A stretch of DNA of 64,000 nt from a virus: IMG/VR virus record IMGVR_UViG_3300009703_001822, one strand, 5' to 3'. Of the stretch, positions 38,122 to 48,235 are shown in pieces (position 1 is the first letter of the stretch; the number at the start of each line of letters is the position of its first letter). The translations under genes were made by a program, and so were the position numbers. The notes below the pieces were generated by a model that saw nothing but the letters and a program-made list of their open reading frames with translations, ran no database searches and had not been told where the DNA came from.

Positions 38122-39777
38122 ATGGCATACGATCAAAAAAGACTAGACACTCTAATTAGACAAGGCATGATGCCTGCTAAACAACTTCCTATTCTTAAAA
38201 GAGCATTAGAGAAGTTAAAAGGTGGACAGATTCCTAATCCTTATGAAAGAGAAGCTATATCTAAGTTATTAGATAAAACTCTAGGATTCCAATTTGGAGA
38301 TGATGTTACATATAATAGAGCTAGATTACACACACAAAGAACCAGATATCAAACCGAGGAGAAAGAAATGGCGAAAGATAAAGAAGGCGAAGATGTAGTC
38401 GTATATGATGGCTCCGAGGATGAGGCTGAAGCCAAAAGAGACAAGAAGGTCAAAAAGAATGGCAAGTCTAAGATCCTCAAGTCAAAAAATGGCGACGACA
38501 AAAAGCCTGATGAGGAAGTTAAGGAAGATGTAAAAGCAGAATTAGCTTCTATAGCAAAAGACAAAAAAGTCCAAGCAACTAAAGCAGCAGCTAGACCAGC
38601 AGATCAAGGACAAGAAGAAGGCGACAAAGAATCACCTAAACAAGGTGGCTCTCAAGTGCCAGAAGTAGGCGAACTATGTGATGGTCAAGACACTAAACCT
38701 TCAATTAAAGAAGGCTTAGTAGCAGATTTAGATTCAGAAGGATTAAGAACAAGAGCTACAAGATTGGCAAGACGAAAAGGCAAAGTCTCAAAAGAGAAAA
38801 TGGCTAAAGACTTACCAGCAGCTCTTAGAAAGGAAAAACAAAAAGCAGGCCTTTCAGAAGATCTTGTTAAGTTTAATGAACTTTACAACGAAAATTTACA
38901 AAGAGCATTGGCTAATAATAAAGTAGACAATGTTAGAGATATTCCAGAGAAAATTAAAGCAGACCTTTTCAAACATGTTGAAGAAGCAACATACTCTAAT
39001 AAGCAACTTAAAATGGCTAAGGGTATAGCTTTTGATAAGCGACATAAAGGTGGCGACATGACAGGCGCTTATAAGAAAATGGAAAAAATTAAAAAAGGTT
39101 TAGGAGATACTCCTCAAGCGAGTAAGGCTCTTAGACAAGCCAACGAATCAGTAAAAGTTGGTTCTCCTACAGACGAAACTGGAAATAAGAAACCAGTTGG
39201 TAAACTTGTTGTAGGAAAACCAAAAATGGCTAAGAAAGATCACGATGGTGATGGCAAAATAGAATCTGGTAAAGATGAATATTTTGGCTCCATAGACAAA
39301 AATATTAAAAAGTCTATGAAGAAAAAAGGCATTGCAGAAGCAGCCTTAGATGTAATGTTAGGCAAATCAATTGATGTTTCAGATGAACCTTTAGTAACAG
39401 ATCCTTCAATGGAACTGAACAGAGGAACAGGCAATCATTTTGATGAAGGCGCCAGAGAAGACGCCATGAGGGATATATCTAGAGATAAAGATCTAGCTAA
39501 ACCTAAAAAGCCTAGCGAGCCTAAGCCAGGTAAATCTAAACATGATGGTTCAGAGAACAAAGGACCTGCACACATAGTAGCGCAGTTACGAGGAGTTCTT
39601 GACCAAGGTGATAAACATGGTGGAGTTAAATTCAGAGATGGAAATACCCACAAAGTATCTACTGGAGATGCACATAAATATTTAAACAAGTATATGAAAG
39701 GCAAACCAGCAGATAAATTAAAGATGCAAGACCACGGACATGCATCACACGATAACTTTAAAAAACATTTAGACTAA
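38122..39777 (+). CDS. Charged modular protein, probable internal head protein
   Basis: Late promoter; K/E-rich with Glu-ending boundaries; DHDGDGKIES motif. Confidence 0.6.
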   Translation: MAYDQKRLDTLIRQGMMPAKQLPILKRALEKLKGGQIPNPYEREAISKLLDKTLGFQFGDDVTYNRARLHTQRTRYQTEEKEMAKDKEGEDVVVYDGSEDEAEAKRDKKVKKNGKSKILKSKNGDDKKPDEEVKEDVKAELASIAKDKKVQATKAAARPADQGQEEGDKESPKQGGSQVPEVGELCDGQDTKPSIKEGLVADLDSEGLRTRATRLARRKGKVSKEKMAKDLPAALRKEKQKAGLSEDLVKFNELYNENLQRALANNKVDNVRDIPEKIKADLFKHVEEATYSNKQLKMAKGIAFDKRHKGGDMTGAYKKMEKIKKGLGDTPQASKALRQANESVKVGSPTDETGNKKPVGKLVVGKPKMAKKDHDGDGKIESGKDEYFGSIDKNIKKSMKKKGIAEAALDVMLGKSIDVSDEPLVTDPSMELNRGTGNHFDEGAREDAMRDISRDKDLAKPKKPSEPKPGKSKHDGSENKGPAHIVAQLRGVLDQGDKHGGVKFRDGNTHKVSTGDAHKYLNKYMKGKPADKLKMQDHGHASHDNFKKHLD

Positions 39778-39787
39778 GGAGAATAAA

Positions 39788-40378
39788 ATGGCAGGATGGG
39801 GAGCAACAGACTCAGACGAAAGTAAACCTAAGTGGCTTACTGCAGATCAAAAAGAAGATGTATTCGCCAACGCTTCTGGTTGGGTAGTTAAAGGCGGGTC
39901 TACAATGACGGGTAATGGTAACACAAGTGCCACTCCTGAAGTTTTAGTAGCACTTGGATCTTTGGCAACTTCACTAGGACAAGCAACAGTAGATGCAGTT
40001 GATTTTGTAAGCACAGCGTTTGATGTTTCTGACGGAGGCACAATTTCAGCAGAAGTCAGTTACAACGAACAAGTAACCGTAGCAACAGCAGCACCATTGT
40101 TAGTTTTAACAAACTCACAAGCAGGTGGTGGTTCAGCAGCTAGTATTACACTAACAATGGATGGAACTTTACCAGTAACTTCTGATAAACTTACATTTGG
40201 TGTTACAATAGGCGCTGGTGGAACAACAATAGTTGCAAACGATGTACTTTCGATTGGAGCACAATCAATTAACCTTAACGGTGGCACAATAGTTGACACA
40301 GTTGGTGGCGGTAATGCAGAGAGAGCAATCTCAGCAGCACAAGGCACAGCTGGTGGCACACTAACAGCTACAGCGTAA
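39788..40378 (+). CDS. Virion structural protein
   Basis: MAGWGATDSDESKPKWL...PEVLVA; Gly/Thr/Ala-rich beta-type composition. Confidence 0.65.
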   Translation: MAGWGATDSDESKPKWLTADQKEDVFANASGWVVKGGSTMTGNGNTSATPEVLVALGSLATSLGQATVDAVDFVSTAFDVSDGGTISAEVSYNEQVTVATAAPLLVLTNSQAGGGSAASITLTMDGTLPVTSDKLTFGVTIGAGGTTIVANDVLSIGAQSINLNGGTIVDTVGGGNAERAISAAQGTAGGTLTATA

Positions 40379-40388
40379 GGAGTAAAAA

Positions 40389-40835
40389 ATGGCAGACAGT
40401 AAACTATCTGAATTGACAGCTGCTACAACAGCAGCTGCAGCAGATTCAACATATTTGGTACAGAGTTCAACTTCTAAACAAATAACAGTAGCGAATCTAT
40501 TTGGAGCTATTGCTACACCAGCAAGGTTTACTGATGCTATTTGTATTCAGGATCATGATACTATAACATCAGTGGGTGCTATTGCAGTAACCTCTAATGT
40601 TACATATATCTCAGATCCTTCAGGCGGTGGTACTTGTTCTATAGGCACAGGTACCGACGGCCAAATTAAAATTGTTATAATGACTTCCAACAGTGGTAGC
40701 CACACAATCCAATTATCCGGATCAAATGTAGCTAATACAATAAGTTTTGACGCAGCAGGGGAGAGCGCAACTTTATTATATGATACAGGATTATCGAAGT
40801 GGTACTTTATTGGAGGAAGCGCAACGGTATCCTAA
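40389..40835 (+). CDS. Virion fibre/decoration-like protein
   Basis: MADSKLSELTAAT N-terminus, GTDGQIKIV, W.FIGG. Confidence 0.6.
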   Translation: MADSKLSELTAATTAAAADSTYLVQSSTSKQITVANLFGAIATPARFTDAICIQDHDTITSVGAIAVTSNVTYISDPSGGGTCSIGTGTDGQIKIVIMTSNSGSHTIQLSGSNVANTISFDAAGESATLLYDTGLSKWYFIGGSATVS

Positions 40836-40839
40836 AGTA

Positions 40840-41226
40840 ATGACTGAACTAAATGATGATAACTTTTTGATCTTCGCTATTAAAAATTACCAAAATCCCT
40901 CATGTACAGGGATGGCGGAATTAGAAGATGATATAAAAAGATTTAAATATTTAAAACGCTTGTTTAATCGTTATGAGAAAACAGGTGAACCAAATGAGAG
41001 ATTAATAATAAATCATTTAATATTATTATATAATGTATTTGGTAAGGCAACGACAGAAATGTTGTTCTTTAAATTAGAAGAAAATTATTGGACTAATTTA
41101 AAGACTTATTTAGTTTATTTAAATAGGATGCCCCTGGAAGAGGTATATTCACAAGGCATAAAAGTCAATAAAGGTGTTAATGTAGCTCTTAATGAAGAAT
41201 TAATTAAAATACTAAGGAAACTATAA
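40840..41226 (+). CDS. T4-like conserved hypothetical protein
   Basis: ELNDDNF..FAIKNY.NP.C...RFKYLKRL...LIINHLI.LYNVFG. Confidence 0.8.
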   Translation: MTELNDDNFLIFAIKNYQNPSCTGMAELEDDIKRFKYLKRLFNRYEKTGEPNERLIINHLILLYNVFGKATTEMLFFKLEENYWTNLKTYLVYLNRMPLEEVYSQGIKVNKGVNVALNEELIKILRKL

Positions 41227-41747
41227 TGAGTAGAGCGTTAGATGCAGTCGTAGGAATTAGGTTACTAAAATTACTTAGTACTCCTATCAATAAATCGAAA
41301 GCATTCCAAATGGGCATAATAGACAACGATGGAAACAAAGTAAAAGATCCTTCTAATTCTAATGAACGAAATGCCTACACATTATTAAATAGATTTGTAT
41401 TTAAAGTGCAAAGAGCCTTAACTAGGTCTTCAGACAGAAACGCTAGAAGGTTACTAACATTTGCAGCAGCAATGGCCTTGTTGCGAGAATATAAAGATGA
41501 CGATGATGATTTAGATGTAGCAGTATTGTTAGAACATTATATGGAGGACGAAAAGGTACAGCAGCAGGCTAGACTTTTAGAATCAAATGTGCTATCATTT
41601 AAAAACTATATGAGTGAGATGAACGGAGTAGCTGGAGGAGCAATTGCTGGAATAGGAGTTGGTCCACAAGGAGAACCTGGAGTAGATCCTAGGCTAATGC
41701 CAATGGCTCGCAGGAAGAAGAAAAAGAAAGATGCCAACACAAAGTAA
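41226..41747 (+). CDS. T4-like conserved late hypothetical protein
   Basis: RLLKLL.TP...AFQMGIID..G; C-terminal GPQGEPGV. Confidence 0.75.
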   Translation: MSRALDAVVGIRLLKLLSTPINKSKAFQMGIIDNDGNKVKDPSNSNERNAYTLLNRFVFKVQRALTRSSDRNARRLLTFAAAMALLREYKDDDDDLDVAVLLEHYMEDEKVQQQARLLESNVLSFKNYMSEMNGVAGGAIAGIGVGPQGEPGVDPRLMPMARRKKKKKDANTK

Positions 41748-42207
41748 ATACGATAGAGAAATGGCTACCATAAAAGCAGATGTTGCCGCTATGGGAAGTT
41801 TATGGAACAAACTAGATGATGCTATCGAAAAAATTGGCACAGCAAGCGCTAACATAAGTTCAATTCTCGCAGTTCATGAAGAACGAATCGATATGACGGA
41901 AAAATTAGTAACAGAGAGAAGGCGAGAATCCTCAGATGCCGTTAAGGAATTACATAGCCGTATCTCTACAGCGTCGAGAGAACGAATGGAAGAGCACAAA
42001 GCCGTACAACAAGACATGAAACAGTCGGAAGAAAAAATATTGCAAGCCATCAATGAACTGAGAAAAGATGTTAATAGAGAACAGGAACATCTTGAAGATA
42101 GAATTACTAAACTAGAACAATGGAGATGGATACTCATAGGAGTATTAATTGCAGTTTCTGCAGTAGTACCTAATATGGGTAAGATTGTTTCCATGCTAGC
42201 ATCCTAG
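41731..42207 (+). CDS. Coiled-coil protein with C-terminal TM helix
   Basis: ILAVHEERI, LHSRI, RITKLEQWRW plus hydrophobic tail. Confidence 0.75.
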   Translation: MPTQSKYDREMATIKADVAAMGSLWNKLDDAIEKIGTASANISSILAVHEERIDMTEKLVTERRRESSDAVKELHSRISTASRERMEEHKAVQQDMKQSEEKILQAINELRKDVNREQEHLEDRITKLEQWRWILIGVLIAVSAVVPNMGKIVSMLAS

Positions 42208-42231
42208 AGTACCAAACGGTACAATAACCAC

Positions 42232-42260
42232 TAGACATTTACTTTACATGGTCGTATAAT
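42232..42260 (+). promoter_or_regulatory. sigma70-type promoter for primase
   Basis: TAGACA-17 bp-TATAAT. Confidence 0.65.
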
Positions 42261-42261
42261 A

Positions 42262-43278
42262 ATGACTATGTTACATATTGATTTGAAATACATCATGATG
42301 ATTTCCCATCGTTTTGATAGATTCAAACGGAAGGACGACTATCTATTTAATTTCCGTTGCCCTATCTGTGGCGACAGTAGTTCCAAAAAGAATAAGGCTC
42401 GAGGGTACTTATATAAGAAAAAGAACGATATGTTCTATAAATGCCATAACTGTGGTGCTGGCAAAACTTTTGGCGGATTATTAAAAGATACAGATCCTAT
42501 GCTACATAAAGACTATGTACTAGAAAGATATAAAGCAGGTGTAACAGCCCCTCGAGCCAACACTACACCCGACTTCAGTGGACAATTTTCTAAACCAGAG
42601 TTTGGCACTAATGAAAGATTGATTGATACTCTCATGGATAGAGTAGACACATTAGATCCTAATCATATGGCACCAACCTATTGTAAGGAAAGATTGATAC
42701 CTCAAGAGAAATGGGATAGGCTATATCATATAGAAGACATCTCAAAGATACATCAGTTAGCTCCTAAGTATAAAGATAGGATTACAACTACAGAGCCTCG
42801 TCTTGCTATCCCATTTTTCAATGAGGAAGGTGTCTTAACAGGACTTACACTAAGACATTATGGTAATAATCCTTTAAGGTATATAATGGTAAAAATAAAT
42901 GAGGATGCACCCACAATTTTTGGTCTAGATCGTATAAGTAAAGAGACACCCGTAAAAATTGTTGAAGGTCCGTTGGACAGTCTGTTCTTGGACAACTGTA
43001 TTGCAGCAGCAGGATCTTCATTTAACAAAATAAAAGATTTAGGTTTAGACAATCCTGTAATTATTGTTGATAACGAGCCTAGAAATGAGGCAATTTGTAA
43101 GGTGCTACACAAAAATATACAAGAAGGACATCGTGTTGTTATATGGCCTGATAGTGTAACGGAAAAAGATATTAACGATATGGTAATAGCAAATCTAGAT
43201 GTTCAGGAAATTATAAATTATAATACATTCCAAAATTTAGAGGCAGAATTAAAGTTTAGAACTTGGAGGAAATATTGA
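42262..43278 (+). CDS. gp61: DNA primase (T4 gp61)
   Basis: NFRCPICGDS, KCHNCG zinc ribbon, VEGPLDS, DNEPRN, KDINDM; start may be ATG 42268. Confidence 0.96.
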   Translation: MTMLHIDLKYIMMISHRFDRFKRKDDYLFNFRCPICGDSSSKKNKARGYLYKKKNDMFYKCHNCGAGKTFGGLLKDTDPMLHKDYVLERYKAGVTAPRANTTPDFSGQFSKPEFGTNERLIDTLMDRVDTLDPNHMAPTYCKERLIPQEKWDRLYHIEDISKIHQLAPKYKDRITTTEPRLAIPFFNEEGVLTGLTLRHYGNNPLRYIMVKINEDAPTIFGLDRISKETPVKIVEGPLDSLFLDNCIAAAGSSFNKIKDLGLDNPVIIVDNEPRNEAICKVLHKNIQEGHRVVIWPDSVTEKDINDMVIANLDVQEIINYNTFQNLEAELKFRTWRKY

Positions 43279-43279
43279 T

Positions 43280-43453
43280 ATGAGTATCCATGACCCTGTT
43301 AGTGAGAGAGATATACACCAAAGAAATATACATGATTTACAGAAACAATTACAAGAAGCTTATGTAAGAATAAATGCCTTGAGTGCAGAGGTAACAGAAC
43401 TAAAACAAAGGATTAAAGATGGCAAAGGCAGTACACCACGGGATAACAGTTGA
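43280..43453 (+). CDS. Small coiled-coil protein (57 aa, not in ORF track)
   Basis: GGAGG RBS; MSIHDPVSERDIHQRNIHDLQKQLQEAYVRINAL... Confidence 0.65.
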   Translation: MSIHDPVSERDIHQRNIHDLQKQLQEAYVRINALSAEVTELKQRIKDGKGSTPRDNS

Positions 43454-45215
43454 CTTAGATAGGGATCAACTGTTTGACACATTAGGATTACAACGACTAA
43501 AAGAATCATACATGAAAGATGAAGAGGACTCTCCACAGGAGAGATTTGCCTTTGTATCTAAAACATTTGCGTCTAATGAAGAACACGCACAAAGATTATA
43601 CGAGTATAGTAGTAAGCATTGGCTGTCCTATTCTACTCCTATACTATCTTTTGGAAGGTCCAAAAGAGGCATGCCTATATCATGCTTTCTAAATTATATA
43701 GATGACACAGCGGAGGGATTAGTTGAAAACTTATCAGAGACTAACTGGCTCAGCATGCTTGGCGGTGGTGTCGGTATTGGGTTTGGTATTAGATCAAGCG
43801 ACGATAAGTCTACTGGCGTTATGCCTCATCTTAAGACTTACGATGCCTCGTGCCTCGCGTACCGTCAAGGGCGTACTAGACGGGGTAGCTATGCTACTTA
43901 CCTTGATATTAGCCATCCAGATGTTCTAATGTTCCTCGAGATGAGGAAACCAACAGGCGATCCTAATATGAGATGCCTCAATCTACATCACGGCATAAAC
44001 ATTACAGATAACTTTATGCAAGTCATTGAAAGATGTATGACAGATCCAGATGCAGATGATGGCTGGAACTTAGTAGATCCTAACTCAGGGCTAATTAAGG
44101 ATACAGTATCAGCTAAAGAACTATGGCAAAAGATATTAGAACTTAGAATGGAAACAGGCGAGCCTTATATTCATTATATTGATACATCTAATAATGAAAT
44201 GAAAGACTTTCAGAAAAAGAAAGGATTGAAAATAAATCAATCTAATCTTTGTTCTGAGATTATATTACCAACAAACGAACAACGAACAGCGGTGTGTTGT
44301 TTATCTTCAGTCAATTTAGAATACTATGACGCTTGGAGTAGACAACCACTATTTTTAAAAGATGTAGCAGAAATGCTAGATAATGTGCTTACATTCTTTA
44401 TTGATAATGCACCAGATGAAGTGAGTAGAGCTAAATTCTCTGCCACACAAGAAAGGAGTATAGGAGTAGGAGCTTTAGGATTCCATGCCTATCTTCAGAA
44501 GAACAAACTTGCCTGGGAGAGTAATGAGGCAAAGGGTGCTAACCTTAGAATGTTCAGGCACATAAGGAGTAAACTAGATGAAGCAAATACTTCACTTGGA
44601 AAGGAACGAGGAGAGGCTCCAGATGCTGAAGGGACGGGCTACCGTTTTTCTCATCTTATGGCTATTGCTCCTAACGCTTCCAGTAGTATTATTATGGGTA
44701 ACACTTCTCCTAGTATTGAGCCTTGGCGAGCTAATGCTTACCGTCAGGATACCTTATCTGGAGCCTATCTTAACAAGAATAAGTACTTGGATTCAATCAT
44801 TACAGAATATTGTGAGAAACATCCTAGAACGAGTTATGACGAGGTTTGGTCCTCGATAATAGGTAACGATGGCTCTGTACAACATTTAACACAATTAACA
44901 GATGAACAAAAGTCTATATTTAAAACATCTATGGAAATAGATCAGAGGTGGTTAATTGAACACGCAGCAGATAGACAGATATATGTAGATCAAGCACAGA
45001 GCTTAAATTTATTTTTTAGGCCTGATGTAAATATAGCATATCTACATGCTGTTCACTTTCTAGCATGGAAGTCAGGTGTTAAGACATTGTACTATTGTCG
45101 TTCAGAGAAGTTAGGTAAGGCAGATAAAGTTAGTAAGCGTATAGAACGAGAGATTATACAAGAGCTTGATATGACTGCAATTGCAGATGGTGAGTGTTTA
45201 GCATGCGAAGGTTAA
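43419..45215 (+). CDS. nrdA: Ribonucleotide reductase class Ia alpha subunit (no ATP cone)
   Basis: PISCFL, SNLCSEI, VCCLSS, APNASSS, KTLYY, C-terminal CLACEG. Confidence 0.97.
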   Translation: MAKAVHHGITVDLDRDQLFDTLGLQRLKESYMKDEEDSPQERFAFVSKTFASNEEHAQRLYEYSSKHWLSYSTPILSFGRSKRGMPISCFLNYIDDTAEGLVENLSETNWLSMLGGGVGIGFGIRSSDDKSTGVMPHLKTYDASCLAYRQGRTRRGSYATYLDISHPDVLMFLEMRKPTGDPNMRCLNLHHGINITDNFMQVIERCMTDPDADDGWNLVDPNSGLIKDTVSAKELWQKILELRMETGEPYIHYIDTSNNEMKDFQKKKGLKINQSNLCSEIILPTNEQRTAVCCLSSVNLEYYDAWSRQPLFLKDVAEMLDNVLTFFIDNAPDEVSRAKFSATQERSIGVGALGFHAYLQKNKLAWESNEAKGANLRMFRHIRSKLDEANTSLGKERGEAPDAEGTGYRFSHLMAIAPNASSSIIMGNTSPSIEPWRANAYRQDTLSGAYLNKNKYLDSIITEYCEKHPRTSYDEVWSSIIGNDGSVQHLTQLTDEQKSIFKTSMEIDQRWLIEHAADRQIYVDQAQSLNLFFRPDVNIAYLHAVHFLAWKSGVKTLYYCRSEKLGKADKVSKRIEREIIQELDMTAIADGECLACEG

Positions 45216-45775
45216 GCAAGGATATACAAAGTTTTTATCCGTTTGACTGGCCTTTTGAAGAGATAGTAGCAGAACTTCCTGATAAAGGAAACTTAATAGA
45301 AGTAGGTCCTTACCTAGGTAAGTCTACGGTTACATGGGCTGAATGTTTTGAACGAGCAGGTAAAGAGTGGAATATACATACAATTGATCTGTTCATAGGT
45401 ATTAGTAAAATAGGAAGACCTGACAATGCTTCTGAAGAACTAACAAAACATTTAGACTCTTTATTAATTAGTGAAGAGCTACATGAACAAACATTTAAAG
45501 AAAATATACAAGGATGGAATAATATAAGTTATGAAAAAGGATTTTTTAACAAGGATTATCAACTACATGGAAAAGAGTATAATGTATTATGGTATGATGG
45601 ATTACATGACTACGATCATGTTATTGAGGCTCTCAGATTCTGGGAAGACAAAGTCCAACACATGATTGTAGATTGTTACGATGATATACACCCAGGGACA
45701 AAGAAAGCAGTAAGCAATTACATACCTAAGAAAATACTTAGACCTGCAGAAGGCAAAGGTATAGCATGGTTATAA
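45203..45775 (+). CDS. Class I SAM methyltransferase, paralog B
   Basis: LIEVGPYLGKS, IHTIDLF, YDGLH; close to 19254-19832. Confidence 0.85.
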   Translation: MRRLSKDIQSFYPFDWPFEEIVAELPDKGNLIEVGPYLGKSTVTWAECFERAGKEWNIHTIDLFIGISKIGRPDNASEELTKHLDSLLISEELHEQTFKENIQGWNNISYEKGFFNKDYQLHGKEYNVLWYDGLHDYDHVIEALRFWEDKVQHMIVDCYDDIHPGTKKAVSNYIPKKILRPAEGKGIAWL

Positions 45776-46431
45776 ATCCAGAAGGTGTTCCTAAAGATGG
45801 AACGATAGGTGTTGTAGTATCAGGAGGTTTTGATAGTTCTATTCTTTGGCATATAGTTTATGGTATATGTTTAGAAAGAGGACAAAAGTGTGTTCCTTTT
45901 ACTGTACCTAAAAATGATGGAGCATTAAGTTATGCCAATAGAATGCTTGATTGGAGTTGGCAACATTATGGTGGTAAAAGAAAACATCCTGTTGTAATCA
46001 ATGCTAATGGTGTTGACTGGAGTAGGAAAGACTATCAAGGTAACGAGGTAGCAGAACAGTTATTGGGAGGCCTAAGAGATATAACAGATAATAATATGGC
46101 AGATTATATATTTACAGGCGTTAATGAATATCCTCCTAATCATGAAACATTATGTTCTTATCATGTGCCCGGTCCTAGGAAATTGGCAAGGGAGACTGAT
46201 ACAGAATACAAAGGTAGGAAGATAAAGAGTTTTATATTTCAACCTTTTGCAGACTTTACTAAGGCAGATTTAGTTTCGTTTGCATTTGATTTAGGTATAT
46301 TACATGATATATCAGAGTTCTCACATAGTTGCGTCGAGAATATTAGAGGCAGATGTGGAGAATGTTTTTGGTGTAAAGAAAGAGAATGGGGCTTTGAACA
46401 AGCTGGCCATGTAGACATAGGTTCTAACTAA
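45766..46431 (+). CDS. QueC-like PP-loop ATPase
   Basis: VSGGFDS PP-loop, PF..TK, SHSC...RCGECFWCKER Zn site. Confidence 0.75.
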   Translation: MVINPEGVPKDGTIGVVVSGGFDSSILWHIVYGICLERGQKCVPFTVPKNDGALSYANRMLDWSWQHYGGKRKHPVVINANGVDWSRKDYQGNEVAEQLLGGLRDITDNNMADYIFTGVNEYPPNHETLCSYHVPGPRKLARETDTEYKGRKIKSFIFQPFADFTKADLVSFAFDLGILHDISEFSHSCVENIRGRCGECFWCKEREWGFEQAGHVDIGSN

Positions 46432-47072
46432 TGAGAAAGAGTAGTCAAGATATCAATGGCCTACCTCAACCTGTAGCAATGTATAATGATGTACAGAATT
46501 GGCCTGATGAAGGACTATTATTAGAAATAGGAACATTACATGGTAAATCTGCTGTATCATTTGCTGAGGCATTTGAAAAATATAATAAGACTTGGAATAT
46601 ACATACAATAGATTTTTATAAGGGTAGCAAATGGACAGCTAATGTTGGCATGACGGAGGAAGAATATATATCATGGCGTAAGGAAAATGGCATACACACA
46701 TCAGGAGAGGAACAGCGAAGAATTGTATTAGAAAATTTAGAAGGTTGGGATAATATTAAAGCAGAAAATGCTAACTTCTTTCCAGGCTATGTTATAAATA
46801 TCCAGCCCACAGCACTTTTTTATGACGGCAATCACGATTATGAACCTTGCAAGTGGGCTCTAGATAAATTCAAAGATCTAGATCTCCTTTATGTTGATGA
46901 CTATTGTAATAGACAATTTCCTGGAACAGTCCAGGCCTGTCATGAACACGCAGAAGAACAAAATAAAGATATGAAAGTATATCTAAGGGGAGGCGATATA
47001 GTAAAAGATCCTAATGCCTCAGAAACATATTTACAAGGTGGCGTTGCAGTCATCACAACTAAAGAGGAATAA
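46431..47072 (+). CDS. Class I SAM methyltransferase, paralog C
   Basis: LLEIGTLHGKS, IHTIDF, FYDGNHDY, VDDY, FPGT. Confidence 0.85.
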   Translation: MRKSSQDINGLPQPVAMYNDVQNWPDEGLLLEIGTLHGKSAVSFAEAFEKYNKTWNIHTIDFYKGSKWTANVGMTEEEYISWRKENGIHTSGEEQRRIVLENLEGWDNIKAENANFFPGYVINIQPTALFYDGNHDYEPCKWALDKFKDLDLLYVDDYCNRQFPGTVQACHEHAEEQNKDMKVYLRGGDIVKDPNASETYLQGGVAVITTKEE

Positions 47073-47073
47073 A

Positions 47074-48066
47074 ATGGTGGCAAAACTTAAACTGACAGAC
47101 GAAAGGAATTATTTCAAACCGTTCTCATATCCATGGGCGTATGAGGCATGGTTAAAACACGAACAATCTCATTGGTTACATACAGAAGTACCTATGGCAG
47201 ATGATGTAAAGGACTGGAAAGATAAACTCTCAGACCCTGAGAAAGCGTTTCTAACAAACATATTTAGATTCTTTGTACAAGGAGACATAGATGTAGCTGG
47301 AGGGTATGTAAACAACTATCTACCCTACTTTCCACAACCAGAAGTTCGTATGATGTTATCAGGATTTGCTGCTAGAGAGGCATTACATGTCGCTGCCTAT
47401 GCACATTTAATAGAGACTTTAGGTATGCCTGAGTCCACATACAAAGAGTTCCTAGAGTATCAGTCTATGGTAGAAAAACATGAGTACTTTATGGAACAGT
47501 CTAATGCTAATGGTACACCAGAGTCTGTCGCTACAAATATAGCAGCATTCTCAGCATTTACAGAAGGCATGCAGTTATTCTCATCTTTTATTATGCTATT
47601 GAACTTTCCTCGTCATGGCAAGATGAAAGGCATGGGACAGATTATTACATGGTCTATCGTTGATGAAACTATGCACGCAGAGTCTATGATAAAACTATTT
47701 AAAACTTATGTAAGAGAGAACAGGAGACTGTGGAATGATAAGTTAAAGAAAGATATTTACGATATAGCAGAGAAAATGGTAGACTTAGAAGAGAAGTTTA
47801 TTGATGTATGTTTTGCTATGGGAGATATGGAGAACCTTACACCTGAACAAGTTAAGAAGTATATTAGATATATTGCTGATAGAAGGCTTATAAGTATGGG
47901 AATGAAAGGTATTTTTAAAGTGAAAAGAAATCCATTATTGTGGGTAGAAGAGATGATTAATGCTCCTACTCATACAAACTTTTTTGAGAACAGAGCTACA
48001 GACTATGCTCGAGGAGCTTTAAAAGGAGACTGGGGTGATGTCTGGGGAGAGGCTAATAGTGCCTAG
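47074..48066 (+). CDS. nrdB: Ribonucleotide reductase class Ia beta subunit
   Basis: FRFFVQGD, EALHVAAY, EGMQLFSSF, DETMH, NFFENRATDY. Confidence 0.97.
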   Translation: MVAKLKLTDERNYFKPFSYPWAYEAWLKHEQSHWLHTEVPMADDVKDWKDKLSDPEKAFLTNIFRFFVQGDIDVAGGYVNNYLPYFPQPEVRMMLSGFAAREALHVAAYAHLIETLGMPESTYKEFLEYQSMVEKHEYFMEQSNANGTPESVATNIAAFSAFTEGMQLFSSFIMLLNFPRHGKMKGMGQIITWSIVDETMHAESMIKLFKTYVRENRRLWNDKLKKDIYDIAEKMVDLEEKFIDVCFAMGDMENLTPEQVKKYIRYIADRRLISMGMKGIFKVKRNPLLWVEEMINAPTHTNFFENRATDYARGALKGDWGDVWGEANSA

Positions 48067-48235
48067 AAAATATATAGAATGCGTGAAATGTGAAGGGACT
48101 GCTCATATAGAACACGAGCAAGATCATTCATTTTATAATATTAAATATTGTCCCTTCTGTGGTGAAGAACTAGAACTAGAAGAGGAGTTTAAAATAGATG
48201 AAGACTTCGAACAAGAGTACCAAGCTAACAATTAA
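48059..48235 (+). CDS. Small zinc-ribbon protein
   Basis: CVKC...YCPFCG. Confidence 0.7.
   Translation: MPRKYIECVKCEGTAHIEHEQDHSFYNIKYCPFCGEELELEEEFKIDEDFEQEYQANN

Noticed and set aside
16756-48066. Inteins or introns in gp43, gp41, nrdA, nrdB
   Set aside because: ORFs are continuous and of normal or short length, with no intein or LAGLIDADG motifs
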